Origin: Octopus vulgaris
Taxonomy: Eukaryota
DNA: 64,000 bases
Direction of reading: 5' to 3'
Assembly: GCA_951406725.2 (NCBI GenBank)
Contig: OX597820.1
Coordinates: 67,518,001-67,582,000, forward strand
A model generated the notes under the pieces. That model worked only from the letters and a program-made list of their open reading frames with translations, was not told the origin of the DNA and searched no databases. This document shows positions 26,957 through 41,589 of the stretch, in pieces (within the stretch, counting starts at the first letter, position 1; every line of letters starts with the position of its first letter). The position numbers and the translations under genes were made by a program.

Positions 26957-27389
26957 AGATTGTTTATGGAAGACCAGCGGTACTAGGCTTACAAAGAATA
27001 AGTCCTGGGCTCGATTCATAGGAACTGTAACAATCTCTTTACAGTTTATTCTTTTATTTTTTTTTTATTCTTTTACTTGTTTCAGTCATTTGACTGCTGC
27101 CATGCTGGAGCACTGCCTAGGGATATTTTCAAAATATTTTAGATATTTCCAATGTTGATTTACCTTATACCATTCAGAAAGTTCGTGGAAATCATGCAAA
27201 TGGCTGCGTTTTTTTTTAAACACACCAGGTGCAATGCATATAATTGTTGCTATCATTCTGTGGAAATTTCTTTTACTGGTCTCAGTCATTTGACTGCAGC
27301 CATGCTGGAGCACCGCTTGTAGTCGAAAAAATCGAGCCCAGGACTTATTCTTTGTAAGCCTAGTACCGCTGGTCTTCCATAAACAATCT
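26957..27389. repeat. Perfect 60-bp inverted repeat (26957-27016 / 27330-27389)
   Basis: Arms are exact reverse complements and share the same chimeric repeat junction. Confidence 0.9.
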
Positions 27390-27550
27390 TGCCCGGACTT
27401 GTACCTTGGAGGGGAACTTTCTAGGTGCAATCCCATGGACATTCATAGGGGCCTTTACCACACACACACACACGCATACATATGTGTATATGTATATATA
27501 TGCATGTATGTATGTATGTATGTATGTATGTATGTATGTATGTATGTATG

Positions 27551-27614
<64 letters not shown>

Positions 27615-28031
27615 CATACACACACACATATATAAATATGTGAATCACTCACAAATACCGACGCATGAAGTACGAGCGCCGAAGTACAAGTAAATAGCTG
27701 TAGACAATACATCGCTTCATTCACCAAATATTAACTGAAAGTGAATAACTGATGCAACGACACATGGATGAAACAACGAGTAACTATGGAGTGAGTCATC
27801 AATTCATTTCTAATCAGTTAATGATTTCTTCTAAGATGTAGACTTGTGCCAATGTTTAGAAATCACTAACTATTCGTAACAGTTGAGTAAGAATAAATTA
27901 ATAGTTATTTAAACTCCATAGTATAAAAAACGTTAGATAGCATCATAAATTGAGGAATTACTGAAAATGGATATAAAGAAGATGAAAGATGCAGAAAGTT
28001 AACAAGAAAGATGTTACTGAGTGGTATTAAA

Positions 28032-28126
<95 letters not shown>

Positions 28127-28165
28127 GTCTATCTGTCTGTCAATCTATCTATCTCTGTCTATCTG

Positions 28166-28248
<83 letters not shown>

Positions 28249-28296
28249 GCATATATATGTAATATTAATATATGTGTATCTATTCACACATATTTA

Positions 28297-28346
<50 letters not shown>

Positions 28347-28383
28347 TATGCATATATATATATATATATTTATATATATACAT

Positions 28384-28418
<35 letters not shown>

Positions 28419-29047
28419 CGTACGTATATACATACATACATACATACATACATACGTACGTACGTACATACATACATACATACATACATACGTACGTACG
28501 TACATACATACATACATACATACATACATACATACATACATACATACATACATACATACATACATACATTCATACATACATACATACGTACGTACATATA
28601 TCTATGTACACCATATCGAGCGCACTCGAATCCCATTCACCAGTCTCCTCCAGGCTTCCCTCTCCAATATCTCTGCAACAATTTTGTTCAAGATTTGTCT
28701 TCCAGCAAATGCACCGCATATGTCATATGTTATTCTTTTACTATGTATTGGTTCTCATATACGTCAAAAGCATGGTTATGTGGTCAAGTCGTTGCTCTTG
28801 GACCAGTGAAACGGGGTTCAATTCTAATGCGCGGAACCTTCAGCAAGTTCCTTCTACTATAACTTCAATTTGAACCGTAAGCGACGCGTGAAACAGTCGC
28901 GAGGGGACTTTCGTATACATACATACATACATACATACATACATACATACATACATACATACATACATGCATGCATGCATACATACATACATACATACAT
29001 ACATACATGCATGCATGCATGCATGCATACATACATACATACATACA

Positions 29048-29082
<35 letters not shown>

Positions 29083-29087
29083 GACAT

Positions 29088-29225
29088 TGACCCAGTGTTC
29101 AACTGGTACTTATTTTATCGACCTCAGCAGGACGAAAGCAAAGTCAACTTCAGAACGTAAAGACAGACGAAATGCCGCTAAGCATTCTGCATGGTGTGCT
29201 AACAGCTCCGCCAGCTCGTCGCCTT
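29088..29225 (-). mobile_element. SINE family B (deleted)
   Basis: Family homology. Confidence 0.8.
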
Positions 29226-29264
29226 ACACACACACACACACAACGCGCACACACACACACAACG

Positions 29265-29352
<88 letters not shown>

Positions 29353-29632
29353 AATTGGGAGAAGGAATGGAAGTTTTTCTTATTACTCGACCTGGTACTA
29401 TCGGCTTTTGAACGTATTCTTAAGTGAATCAAGTATAATTCCTTTAGACACTCTGCGTGGATGTTGCATGATTTTAAATTATCATGGCTTTGGAAAAGCA
29501 AGATCCATTTAATGGGTAGTTTATTGAAACAGTTGACTTAAAAAGGTTGTCATAAAAAGGTTGGATTGAAATCAAACTAGATGTGTGTTTTTGGTTGTGA
29601 TGTATAATATGGAAGCGATGATATCGAGGCAG

Positions 29633-29671
<39 letters not shown>

Positions 29672-29772
29672 CAAACATAAATATACATATACATCATATA
29701 CATATGTGTATGTATATATATATGTATGCATAACTTTGATAGGTTTCGGGCATTAGAGGCCCAGACCATGTC

Positions 29773-29821
<49 letters not shown>

Positions 29822-29826
<5 letters not shown>

Positions 29827-30008
29827 GAATTTACAAAAGACCAAAAGACGAAGACAGGGGTGTAAACAACAAACAGATGTATTAGTTTAACGCTCGGGAA
29901 GTCAGAAAGACTTTTACATTTCGAGCCTACGCTCTTCGACATAAAGGAACACAGAAATAAATAGGGAAAGCAGATAGAAAAAAGGTTTAGTGGCTAGCGA
30001 TCTATCTT
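29822..30008 (-). mobile_element. Family H repeat with hammerhead-like motif
   Basis: Minus strand CTTT-ATGTCGA-A-GAGC[GTAG]GCTC-GAAAT-GTA-AAAG; homologous to 4675-4867. Confidence 0.7.
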
Positions 30009-30089
30009 ATATTTATGACTGTTATTTTATTTTGAAAAGTGTGAAAAACATGCAATCTATAGAATTATGTATGCATGTATGTATGTATC

Positions 30090-30131
<42 letters not shown>

Positions 30132-30504
30132 CGTGTGTGTGTATGGGTATTTGGTTCAATGGGTATGTGGATGTGTATGTAATTGCATTCGGCAAATTTT
30201 GGAAGATTTGAAGTTCTACATTAACTTAAAAAACAAAACGAAAATACTGCGAATTTTTTAAGAAGTCTTTCACTACAAATTAACTTTATACTATGTATAT
30301 AATCAACATTTAGAAATAAGCTGATTTCCTATATTCACCATTTTGAATAAATTAACATACAATAAATATATTTGCAGATATTATTGATAACACTCAAATA
30401 CTAGTACTTACATGTATATATATATGCATACACGCATGCAAGCATGCACACGTACATATATACAAACGTACATACATACATACATACATACATACATACA
30501 TACA

Positions 30505-30535
<31 letters not shown>

Positions 30536-30719
30536 TTACACAACCCACCATACACACATGCACGCACATTTTTTAATTAGTCATTATTATATTTTGTCTG
30601 TTTTCAATAAATTAGTTATATATGTGTTGTATTTTATATGACATATACATACATACATACATACATACATACATACATACATACATACATAAGTACACAC
30701 ACACACACACACACATATA

Positions 30720-31600
<881 letters not shown>

Positions 31601-31744
31601 AAACATCCTTTTCTTTGTCTATTATATTTATTAAAAAAAAACAAACAAACAGAAAAAAAATAATCTCGGGATTATAGAAGAGAATACATGTACACACATA
31701 CATACACACACACACACACATATATGTATGTATGTGTGTGTGGG

Positions 31745-31781
<37 letters not shown>

Positions 31782-31842
31782 GTATATGTGTACCTTTGTT
31801 TATATTTGTATGTATATAAATATATATATATATATACACATG

Positions 31843-31875
<33 letters not shown>

Positions 31876-32029
31876 TGTATGTATATAGATATATGTGTGT
31901 GTGAATGTTTGGATGTATATATATATATATATATATATATGATGTATGTGTTTTTATTTTGTATCTGTTCACTTAAGCATACATTTCTGTACGTATGTGT
32001 GTGTATATATATATATATATATATACACA

Positions 32030-32088
<59 letters not shown>

Positions 32089-32339
32089 TTACATACATAT
32101 ATATATATGTATATATGCATGCGTATGTATGGGTAAATGTATGTGTGTACTTGATATGCTTGTGTAAGCGTTTGTGTGTGTATGTGTGTGTGTGTGTGGT
32201 GTGTATGTGTGTCTGTGTAATGAGTGGTTGTGTGGGGTGGTGGTGGTAGCGGTGGCGTGTATGTATTTTTGTTGGACGAACTTCACGCTGAGAGTGTCTC
32301 TGTATGAATGCGCGCATGAATAGAATGGAGAAGTAAGAA

Positions 32340-32760
32340 GCTTGTTAAGAGAATGAATTGTACTCGGGCGGTCCCGTCAGGTATTCACAGTTGCCATGGT
32401 TCACCAGAGAAAACAGAGAATAGCATGGAGGTGGTGTCGATGAATGACTGTGTGGACGTTTCTTAACTTGCAGCACATTTTTCTCTGCCATTCCATTTTC
32501 GCATTTCATCTTTTGATTGCTTATTTGATCAGATCTTCCACTCCCGCCTCTCTCAATTCCAATTTTTATGTCTTCTATGCACCATGGGCAAAGCAATAGA
32601 CGATTCGTTTCTCCCGATTTCGAATTTTCTTCCAAGTTTTAGATTTCTCTCAGAATTCTGCCCCGTTGCTCTTCCGCCAAATCCTTTGTTCCAACCCCTG
32701 TTTTGATCAGATCTGACAGTTTTGCAGCTTCCAGTCTAAATTTCGTTCTATTTTTTCTAG
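32340..32760 (-). mobile_element. Possible L1/Tx1-like ORF1 remnant
   Basis: Coding-like purine-rich minus strand; GTARVQF resembles RGTVQF at about 46740. Weak. Confidence 0.3.
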
Positions 32761-33019
32761 TTGTTTTTATCTTCATCTTTTTCCTTCTTTTTGTTCTTAC
32801 TTCTTATTGTGTTTTTGTGCCTTACTTTACTTTTTAATTTTTACTTCATTGTTTTTATTTATTTATTTTTTTCTCATCTCATTTTTGTTATTGTACTATT
32901 TTAGATGAAGAATATTCGTGCTTGGATGGTAGAACATCCCGGCAGCCAAGAGCGGGACAGGGTATATGCGGCTAACTAATTAGTAATGCTGCTTACCTGC
33001 AGGGACCAGCGCCATAACA

Positions 33020-33330
33020 CGGACCAGCCACCAAGGAAACAATTGCCGTTGATAAGAGGTAGCTATGAGCAAACTGGTGACTTCTCGGTTCAAATTCTTT
33101 ACGCTTTCCTATTATGCTGTTCGAAGAAGACGAAAACATTTTTAATTTGTCATCAGTAAAGCAAACAAGAGAAATAAGGCAAAAATAAAATAATAAAATA
33201 TATCTTTGAGCGGAAAAAATCTCATGCTCCACCCTTCTCTATCTACTTCTGACTTCGCTACCGCCCCCTGCTTGCAGACTTTTTGCATTTCCACAAGATG
33301 CTTTAATATTCATATTTTTCAAGAAATGCA
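33020..33330 (-). pseudogene. Candidate decayed PAN-like exon
   Basis: KMFSSSSNSIIG...SHQFAHSYLL..NGNCF, with TTT and TAC at expected Cys positions. Confidence 0.35.
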
Positions 33331-33408
33331 AGCTTTTTTTTTTTTTTAATGTATGAAAATCTTTCTTCTCATTCTTTTTTCTTCATCAGCCTCATCCCTC
33401 TTTCCTTA

Positions 33409-33556
33409 TTTCTTCTTCTTCTTCTTCTTCTTCTTCTTCTTCTTCTTCTTCTTCTTCTTCTTCTTCTTCTTCTTCTTCTTCTTCTTCTTCTTCTTCTTCT
33501 TCTTCTTCTTCTTCTTCTTCTTCTTCTTCTTCTTCTTCTTCTTCTTCTTCTTCTTC
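33409..33556. repeat. (CTT)n microsatellite
   Basis: Perfect long tract. Confidence 0.97.
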
Positions 33557-33790
33557 TCATCTTATAACTTTCACTTTCACACACATGCACGCGCGCACAC
33601 ACGCACGCATGCACACAGACACACGCACGCACACACACACATACACACACACACACACTCACACATTAACATTCTAACATTTCTCAGCTCACTTGTCCGT
33701 CTGTCTATTTGTATCACTTTATTATGTATGTATGTATATATATGTATGTATGTATGTGTTATGTATATGCAAGTGTGTATGTATGTTTGA

Positions 33791-33917
<127 letters not shown>

Positions 33918-34410
33918 AATCTATCTAAAGTACTCTCTCACACACACACAGACAAACACACATACATATATATATAAGTTCGTGTATTTGTTTATGTGTG
34001 CATGCGTGTGCGTGTACATCTATGTGTGTAATCGAAAACTTTGTGCCACACACAAACACACACACGCATTCCAATTACTTATCTTTTATGAGGTGTAATA
34101 TTGACAGAGTTATGTAATGGTAGAATCGATAGAGAATTTGATAAAATGAATTCGGTGACTCAATTCCATTATGTTAGTTCACGTGTTCAAATCCCGTCTA
34201 AGTAAAATTCCAATTTAGTTTTATAATCTTCTTAAAAACAAACTACGGAGGTCATCATATTCGGCTAATTTTCGACCATGAGTCTCTACTAGATATGTTT
34301 ATTATTATGATTATTGTTGCTGTTGTTGATGTTTCTTTACCTTCGTGAAGTTACTTCAATCTTGAAATATTATTAAAATTTTAATAAATTTATTATTATT
34401 ATTATTATTA

Positions 34411-34540
<130 letters not shown>

Positions 34541-34554
34541 AGTTGTTGTTAAAT

Positions 34555-34950
34555 TGGCAAGCTGGCAGAACCGTTAGTACGAAGAACAAAATGCTTAGCA
34601 GAATTTCATTTGTCTTTTTCGCTCTGAGTTCAAATTCCGCCGAGGTCAATGTAGCCTTTCATCCTTTCCTGGGTTGATAAAATAACTACCAGTAGCACAC
34701 TGGGGTCGATGTAATCGACTTATCCTCTCCCTCGAAATTGCTGGCCTTGTGTCAAAATTTGAAATCATCATTATCATTATTATTATTATTATTATTGAGT
34801 TCAAATTTCGTCGAGATCTACTTTACCTTTCATCCTTGTGGGGTCGATAAAATAAGTTCTATCGTCTTTGCATATCATCATTCCGGGGTCGATAAAATCG
34901 ACTTAATCCCTTCTCCCAAATTTCTGGTCTTGTGCCAAAATTTGGAACCA
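34555..34950 (+). mobile_element. SINE family B copy plus a partial second copy
   Basis: Family homology. Confidence 0.8.
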
Positions 34951-34959
34951 CACTTAGAA

Positions 34960-35345
34960 TATCGCCAGGTGCTCACAGCCTTCTAAAGTTGCGAAAAAGG
35001 CAAGAGTGGATGGTATCTCTCTAAGTGTAAACCTGTGAGTCGGAGAGAAGGAATTGGAGAGGGCACTTGTTTTTTGGGTTATTAGGGAAATCTCGGGCAG
35101 TGGGGTTCTTCGATTATCTCTAGAGGTCTTCCTGTATCAGGAGGGCCACATCTCTATCATCCTCCCCACCGCATTTTTGTAACCTCTGTATACTATGCAT
35201 GTGTCCCTTCTTTTTCAGTGTATACCGTGTATACTTAATTTCTTTCCTTTTTTTTTCATTTCATTATATATAAACCTCCACACTTTATGTCTGTCATTGT
35301 ATTGTTTTCCTCATCCTTCACCCTTGTGGCAAATAAGTGAAATCA
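34960..35345 (+). mobile_element. LINE 3' end (L1/Tx1-like) with (ATC)n tail
   Basis: KVAKKARVDGISLSVNL*, then a pyrimidine-rich 3'UTR ending CCCTTGTGGCAAATAAGTGAAATCATCATC. A similar end lies at about 50890-50950 (minus). Confidence 0.55.
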
Positions 35346-35533
35346 TCATCATCATTATCATTATTATCATCGTCGTTGTCGTCGTCGTCGTCATCATCAT
35401 CATCATCATCATCATCATTATTATCATCATTATTATCATCATTATTATCATTATTATTATCATTATTATTATCATTATTATTATCATCATTATTATCATC
35501 ATTATAATCATCATTATCATCATTATTATTATT

Positions 35534-35713
35534 GAGTGAGAGAGCAGGGCATGCCTTCAAAGTGACACTGGGGTAAAATATTCGAAGCCCAGTATACCCA
35601 TCATGACTAGCCGTCTGATAAGGGTACACAAGGCACATGCATCACAACCATATGTATGCGATATGGTGATCTCTTTTCAAGATAAACAACACATGACCTT
35701 GTAGGTGGGGCCC
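35534..35713 (-). mobile_element. Retroposon family C, 3' fragment
   Basis: Matches 2927-3106. Confidence 0.88.
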
Positions 35714-35740
35714 ATTATTATTATCATTATTATTATTATT

Positions 35741-35788
<48 letters not shown>

Positions 35789-35803
35789 ATTATTATTATT
35801 ATA

Positions 35804-35854
<51 letters not shown>

Positions 35855-35899
35855 AACCATTTTTAATTATAATATAATGTTTCGTAACATAGGCACAAG

Positions 35900-36040
35900 A
35901 TCTCAAAGTGGATATTATGTAATAAAAGTAAAGGTTGTGATGTCCTGAGTTAGCGAGCGAAGTCCAAGAATCGGTTCAGATTCTTGTTTAAAGCAATGCA
36001 TTGCTCATGCTGTTACATATCAACGAGGGAAGCCTCAGTG
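35900..36040 (+). pseudogene. Candidate PAN-like exon fragment
   Basis: SDSCLKQCIAHAVTY (C-x3-C-x6-TAT). Confidence 0.35.
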
Positions 36041-36289
36041 AGGTGAATCACCATGCTAGAAATAACAACCAACTCTCCTTAGATCATACTGTACAATACG
36101 GAAGCGCATTATATAATGAAGTCTTGATTTTACCAAAAATTGAGATGGTCAGGGCTTGAACGTCTTTGGTCATATATCTAACTGATAAGGGCTTAATTAG
36201 GGTCGATGGAGTTTCTTGTCGTAAACGGCAGGTGAGGCTTCCGTCATTTCTTGCCGAATAACCTGCATAGGTGACTTTTACTTTCATTT

Positions 36290-36695
36290 TCATGTTTCGG
36301 TCATTTGGCTGCGGCCAAGCTGGAGTACCGCCTTAAAAGGATTTTAGTCGAATAATCGACCGCAGGACTTGTAAGCCCAGTGCTTATTCTATAGGTCTCT
36401 TTTGCTGAGACGTTAAGTTACGGGGACGTTAATACACCAACATCAGTTGTCAAGCGAAGTTGGTGGTAGGGGACAAACAGACACAAAGACATACACACAT
36501 AAATACATACATACGTATGTATGTATGTATGTATGTATGTATGTATGTATGTATGTATGTATGTATGTATGTGTGTGTGTATATATATATAATAAATAAT
36601 ATATGTGTTAACTTGTCCTGTTTCCCATTTTTATCTCGTTGTTTACGTATTTCATGTTATTTGCACCGTTGGTGACGTCCTATACCCACATATGC

Positions 36696-36739
<44 letters not shown>

Positions 36740-36968
36740 AATAATTTTTTATTTATTATTTAATTGAACACGAAGCTTCCATTTCCAAGTATATATATAT
36801 ATACATGCACGACGGGCTTCTTTCAGTTTTCGTCTACCAAATTCACTCACAAGGCTTTAGTCGGCTCGAGGTTATAGCAGAAGATACTTGCCCAAGGTGC
36901 TACGCAGTGAGACTGAACCCGAGACCATGTGGTTGGGAAGCAAGCTTCTTACCACACAGCCATTCCTA
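36290..36968 (-). mobile_element. SINE family A with a nested repeat fragment (about 36605-36690)
   Basis: Family homology; the nested piece is the reverse complement of 51895-51975. Confidence 0.88.
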
Positions 36969-37448
36969 CACCTTGTTTATATTCAATGCTTGTGCTGCAC
37001 ATTAACTTTTTCCCTCCATAAAATTAACATTGCCTGTATAGGTCACAGTCTCCTACACGTCAGATGTCGAAATGATGGTAGAGCAGCATATAGATAGATA
37101 GACAGATAGATAGAGCAACGTGAAATGAAGTGTTTTGCACAATAACACAGTATTCTGTCCAGTCTGGGAATCGAAACCACCATCTTCTGATCGTGGAGGC
37201 AACATCCCCAAAGATTAATCCGTGGGCCGTCATTAGAGTTCCGCAATAACAACAACAATAACTCATACCAATACAGAATTTGAGAAACTGTTTAAATACA
37301 CTTAATGTCTCCGATTTTAAATCTAAATTAAAACCTGAATTGGTGTTTGATGGAGGATCACCTATAGCTTACATATAACAGTTTAAGATACATGTAACAG
37401 TGTTAATCTTGGATAAGACTTAACACCTTTAATGTATCAACTACACTT

Positions 37449-37534
<86 letters not shown>

Positions 37535-37799
37535 GTCTGTCTGTCTGTCTGTCTGTCTACTTGTCTGCCTGTCTGTCTGTCTACTTGTCTGCCTGTCTGT
37601 CTGTCTGTCTACTTGTCTGCCCGTCTGTCTGTATATCTGTCTGTCTGTGGCCAGATTGAAATGAAGGCCGGGATGCAGGTGTAACAAATAAAGTCAATTG
37701 CATGGCATTTCTATTTTGAAACACTCATAGTATTTCTTTAGAATATGCCTTTGGAGAGTTATACCCTCAATTTCAAGAACAAATATAAAAAATAATAGA

Positions 37800-38100
37800 A
37801 GTTTTACCTATTACACTTGTTTGGTAAGTGACTTTATCTGAATCTATCGGTCGAAACTGACGCAATCATTTAGGGGAAGACTCACTATGACATTTATAGA
37901 AATGAAAAATATTATTTCAGCTTCGTTTTGATTAGGAGTGTTATTGTATATAATGATGCGCCAAAAAACAAAAAACAAAAAAAAAAAAACTCTTGTACAA
38001 CTGCAGTGTAGTTTCTGACACAATCCAGGATATGATTATAAAAGATATAATTATTATGACAAAACAAAAGCAAAGTGAAAATAACGGCCATTTTTTTCAT
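37800..38100 (-). pseudogene. Candidate signal peptide plus PAN-like remnant
   Basis: MKKMAVIFTLLLFC..., TKLK*, NDCVSFD, KCN with donor AG|GTAAAA. Confidence 0.4.
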
Positions 38101-38446
38101 GTTATAATATAAATCGAAATAATCGAAACAGAACAAAAAATATATTTGTATTTAGAGATAGTGAGATAACACACACACACACGCACACGCACGTGCGCCC
38201 GCACACACACATATACACACGCACACATACACACACTATGCACGCGCGCACTCGCTCAAACACACAGACACATATACATATACATACACACATATATTTG
38301 CAAACACAAGCACACACTAATGCGCAGACATATATAAAGCTAAGTAGGTTATACCTAGATTATATATATATATTTATTTATGTATTAGTGTCTATGAATT
38401 TCTGTTTGCCTATCTATTTACACACACACACACATATATATATATG

Positions 38447-38476
<30 letters not shown>

Positions 38477-38477
<1 letters not shown>

Positions 38478-38945
38478 TCGCCTGGGGCTAAATGCAACAG
38501 TAACACCCCCACCACCCTGCCCTGTCCCTAGCCATATTCAGATGGCTTTAGTCCCTTATGTTATCGAGCAGTTACTGTCTATATTCCTTTTAGAGAATTA
38601 TTATATATATGTATATATCTATATATATATGATATATGATATATATATATTACCTCCCTTTGCAGGTTTAGGGCACCGTGACGGTGTCGAGCCTTTCTGG
38701 TGACGTCGATGTTCGCCTGGGGCTAAATGCAACAGTAACACCCCCACCACCCTGCCCTGTCCCTAGCCATATTCAGATGGCTTTAGTCCCTTATGTGTGT
38801 GTGTGTGTGTGTGTGTGCGTGTGTGTGTCGTTCTTGGATTTGGTTTGCAAGATTCTTTATATGAGTTCGTGTGTTGAAGCATATTCTGTTGTGTCTGGGG
38901 AGAGTCATTTTATTTTTGTGCCTTATAATTTAACACACTCACATA
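38477..38945. mobile_element. (TA)n-embedded element with an 85-bp direct repeat
   Basis: 38477-38561 equals 38712-38796. Confidence 0.7.
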
Positions 38946-39049
38946 TCATACATCTATGACATATATAATATAAGAATATTTCTATATGTATGTATATATA
39001 TATATATATGCAGTAGTGCTTTAAATATATATATATATATATATATATA

Positions 39050-39166
39050 TTCGTGATCAGAGGCGTTCGTAAACCGAGCTACTATTGTATTAAATAAATA
39101 TGAGAAAGACAGGAGATAAAGTACGGTTTATTCGTGATCAGGGTTGTTCGAAAACCGAGGTTCTAC

Positions 39167-39168
<2 letters not shown>
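39050..39168. mobile_element. pogo/Tigger-type MITE right end
   Basis: ...AAACCGAGGTTCTACTG followed by TA; internal repeat TTCGTGATCAG...TTCG.AAACCGAG. Confidence 0.55.
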
Positions 39169-39256
<88 letters not shown>

Positions 39257-39269
39257 CATACACATACAT

Positions 39270-39305
<36 letters not shown>

Positions 39306-39389
39306 ATAATGGGCGGGTGGGTGTTAGCATATACATGTGTACATGTATAGATGGCATACATTATAAAATCTACTCATTATTTAACGAAT

Positions 39390-39840
39390 GTTTTATTCTG
39401 CACTAGTATGATAAGCAGAGCCAAAGTGGAAACCTTTAAAATTATTACATAGTTACTCGACATATTAAATATAGCAGTCAAGTCTGTCAAAAATCCAAAC
39501 GGATATTTTTCTATGTATAAAAAAAAAGAAGAAAGAAAGATACATTTTATAATGAGTGGAAAACCTTTGTTCTGTTCAATGAGGAATGACTTGAAGCTAA
39601 AAGACAACATCAAAAGTGCCACTTTCTGGACTGTCCCAATTAGTGAGGTTCTGAAATAAGAAAATTTAATTTTTATTTCAGATTGATACAAAAGTTTACT
39701 TTTGGAGGCACAGTGGCCTGAGAGGCTAATTCTAACTTATGAACGCATTTTGTGTCACATGCTTGGAAATAAAGAACTTCAATTATTTTTATAAGTAGTA
39801 TATATCTGCAGAATCTTGCATTAAAAAAAATTAAATCCAT
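39390..39840 (+). pseudogene. Candidate two-PAN-exon pseudogene
   Basis: ETFKII...NGYFSMYKKKEE..FYNEWKTFVLF (TAT/TAT/TTT at Cys positions), short intron, then AG|...FCVTCLEIKNF..YICRI. Confidence 0.45.
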
Positions 39841-39857
39841 TAAACTGTGAAATATAG

Positions 39858-40800
39858 GCTGGGGGTTAAGAAGTTCGTTTCGCAACCAAGTGGTTTTAGG
39901 TTTAACCTCACTGCGCGGCACCTTCGGCAAGTGTCTTCTACAATAAGGCGACGAGCTGGCAGAAACGTTAGCACGCCGGGCGAAATATTTAGTGGTATTT
40001 CGTCTGCCTCTACGTTCTGAGTTCAAATTCTGCCGAGGTCGACATTGCCTTTCATCCTTTCGGGGTCGATAAATTAAGTATCAGTTACGCACTGGGGTCA
40101 ATGTAATCGACTTAATCCGGTTATCTGTCTTTGTTTGTCCCCTCTATGTTTGGTCCCTTGTGGGTAGTAAAGAAATAGGTATTTCGTCTGCCATTACGTT
40201 CTGGGTTCGAATTCCGCCGAGGTCGACTTTGCCTGTCATCCTTTCGGGGTCGATAAATTAAGTACCAGTTACGCACTGAGGTCGATATAATCGACTTAAT
40301 CCATTTGTCTGTCCTTGTTTGTCCCCTCTGTGTGTAGCCCCTTGTGGGCAGTAAATAAATAGGTATTTCATCTGTCTTTACGTACTGAGTTCAAATTCTG
40401 CCAAGGTCGACTTTGCCTTTCAGCCTTTCGGGGTCGATAAATTAAGTACCAGTTGTATACTGGGGTCGATCTAATCAACTGGCACCCCCCCCCAAATTTC
40501 GGGCCTTGTCCCTAGAGCAGAAAAGTGTCTTCTACAATAATCCAGGGCCGACTAATGCTTTGTTAATGAATTTGGCAGGCAAAAACTCTGTGAGTGTGCG
40601 CGTGTTTGTCAAGTCACCGCTTGACAAATAGTGTTTATTTGTTTGTTTACGTTCCCATAACTTAGCGGTTCGGCAAAACTGACCGAAGAATAAGTATCAT
40701 ACTAAAAAAAAAAAAGAAAAACAAGTACTGGGATATATTTGACCGATAATCTTTTCATGTTGATGACCGAAGTCCAGTGACTGAAACAAATAAGAGAGTA
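39858..40800 (+). mobile_element. Old SINE A interrupted by a trimeric SINE B (39947-40522)
   Basis: 18-bp TSD AAGTGTCTTCTACAATAA (39929-39946 / 40523-40540). Confidence 0.9.
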
Positions 40801-41041
40801 ACAGATTATAAGAATCTCGATCTATCTACATACACACATCATACGCGCGAGCAAACACACACCTTAGAAAACTGGTTCTTAATTTTGGCACAAGGCCAGC
40901 AATTTTAGGAGGAGGGGTGTAAGTCTATAACAGCGACTCTACAAATCATTATTTGCAAGAATTATATCAACTACAAATAATGTCAAAAAGGTCCAGTGTA
41001 AACAGATCATTCCTTCCTGAATATTAGTTTTCTTAATGAAT

Positions 41042-41390
41042 TTATTTCTTTATTGTCTACAGGGTGGCTAAACATAGAGGGGACAAACAAGGACAGACAC
41101 TAGTACTTATTTAATCAACCCCGAAAGGATGAAAGGCAAAGTCGACCTTGGCGGAATTTGAACTCAGAACGTAACGGCAGACGAAATACCGCTAAGCATT
41201 TCGCCCGGCGTGCTAACGATTCTGCCTGCTCGCCGCCCTAATGATGTTCTTTTTTACTCTAGGCACAACTTTTTGGGGAGGTGGCCAGTCGATTAGATCG
41301 AGCCCAATACGCAACTGGTACTTAATTTATCGACCCCGAAAGGATGAAAGGCAAAGTCGACCTCGGCGGAATTTGAACTCAGAACATAAC
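41042..41390 (-). mobile_element. Two SINE family B copies
   Basis: Family homology. Confidence 0.85.
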
Positions 41391-41589
41391 GATATTAATG
41401 ATATTAACGAGACAGCAAGTACACGAGAAGGTATACCTGTAATCATTAAGGTTAAGGTGACATCTATATCTTTTTAAATGATAAGAGTAGAAATTAATAT
41501 TATTAAATAATATTATTAAATAATATTAATTTCAACCAGTGGTCAGCATACTCAAACGACTTCTGAGGACCGTGTCTATTTTTAGCATA

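Larger units (their letters stand above)
25830..28030 (-). pseudogene. Candidate two-PAN-exon pseudogene
   Basis: Exon from the acceptor at 26056 reads NLANGRSFCTVLRDRVFY...*CH, with GGT and CGT exactly at the C-x3-C-x5-C positions. 27650-27850 gives [18 protein letters not shown] with donor |GTGAGT. Confidence 0.55.

Noticed and set aside
28011-28873. 200-260 aa ORFs (YIYI/HTYI)
   Set aside because: Translations of microsatellites; the same applies to most ORFs in the track.
41490-41533. AT-only palindrome
   Set aside because: Low complexity; explainable by slippage.
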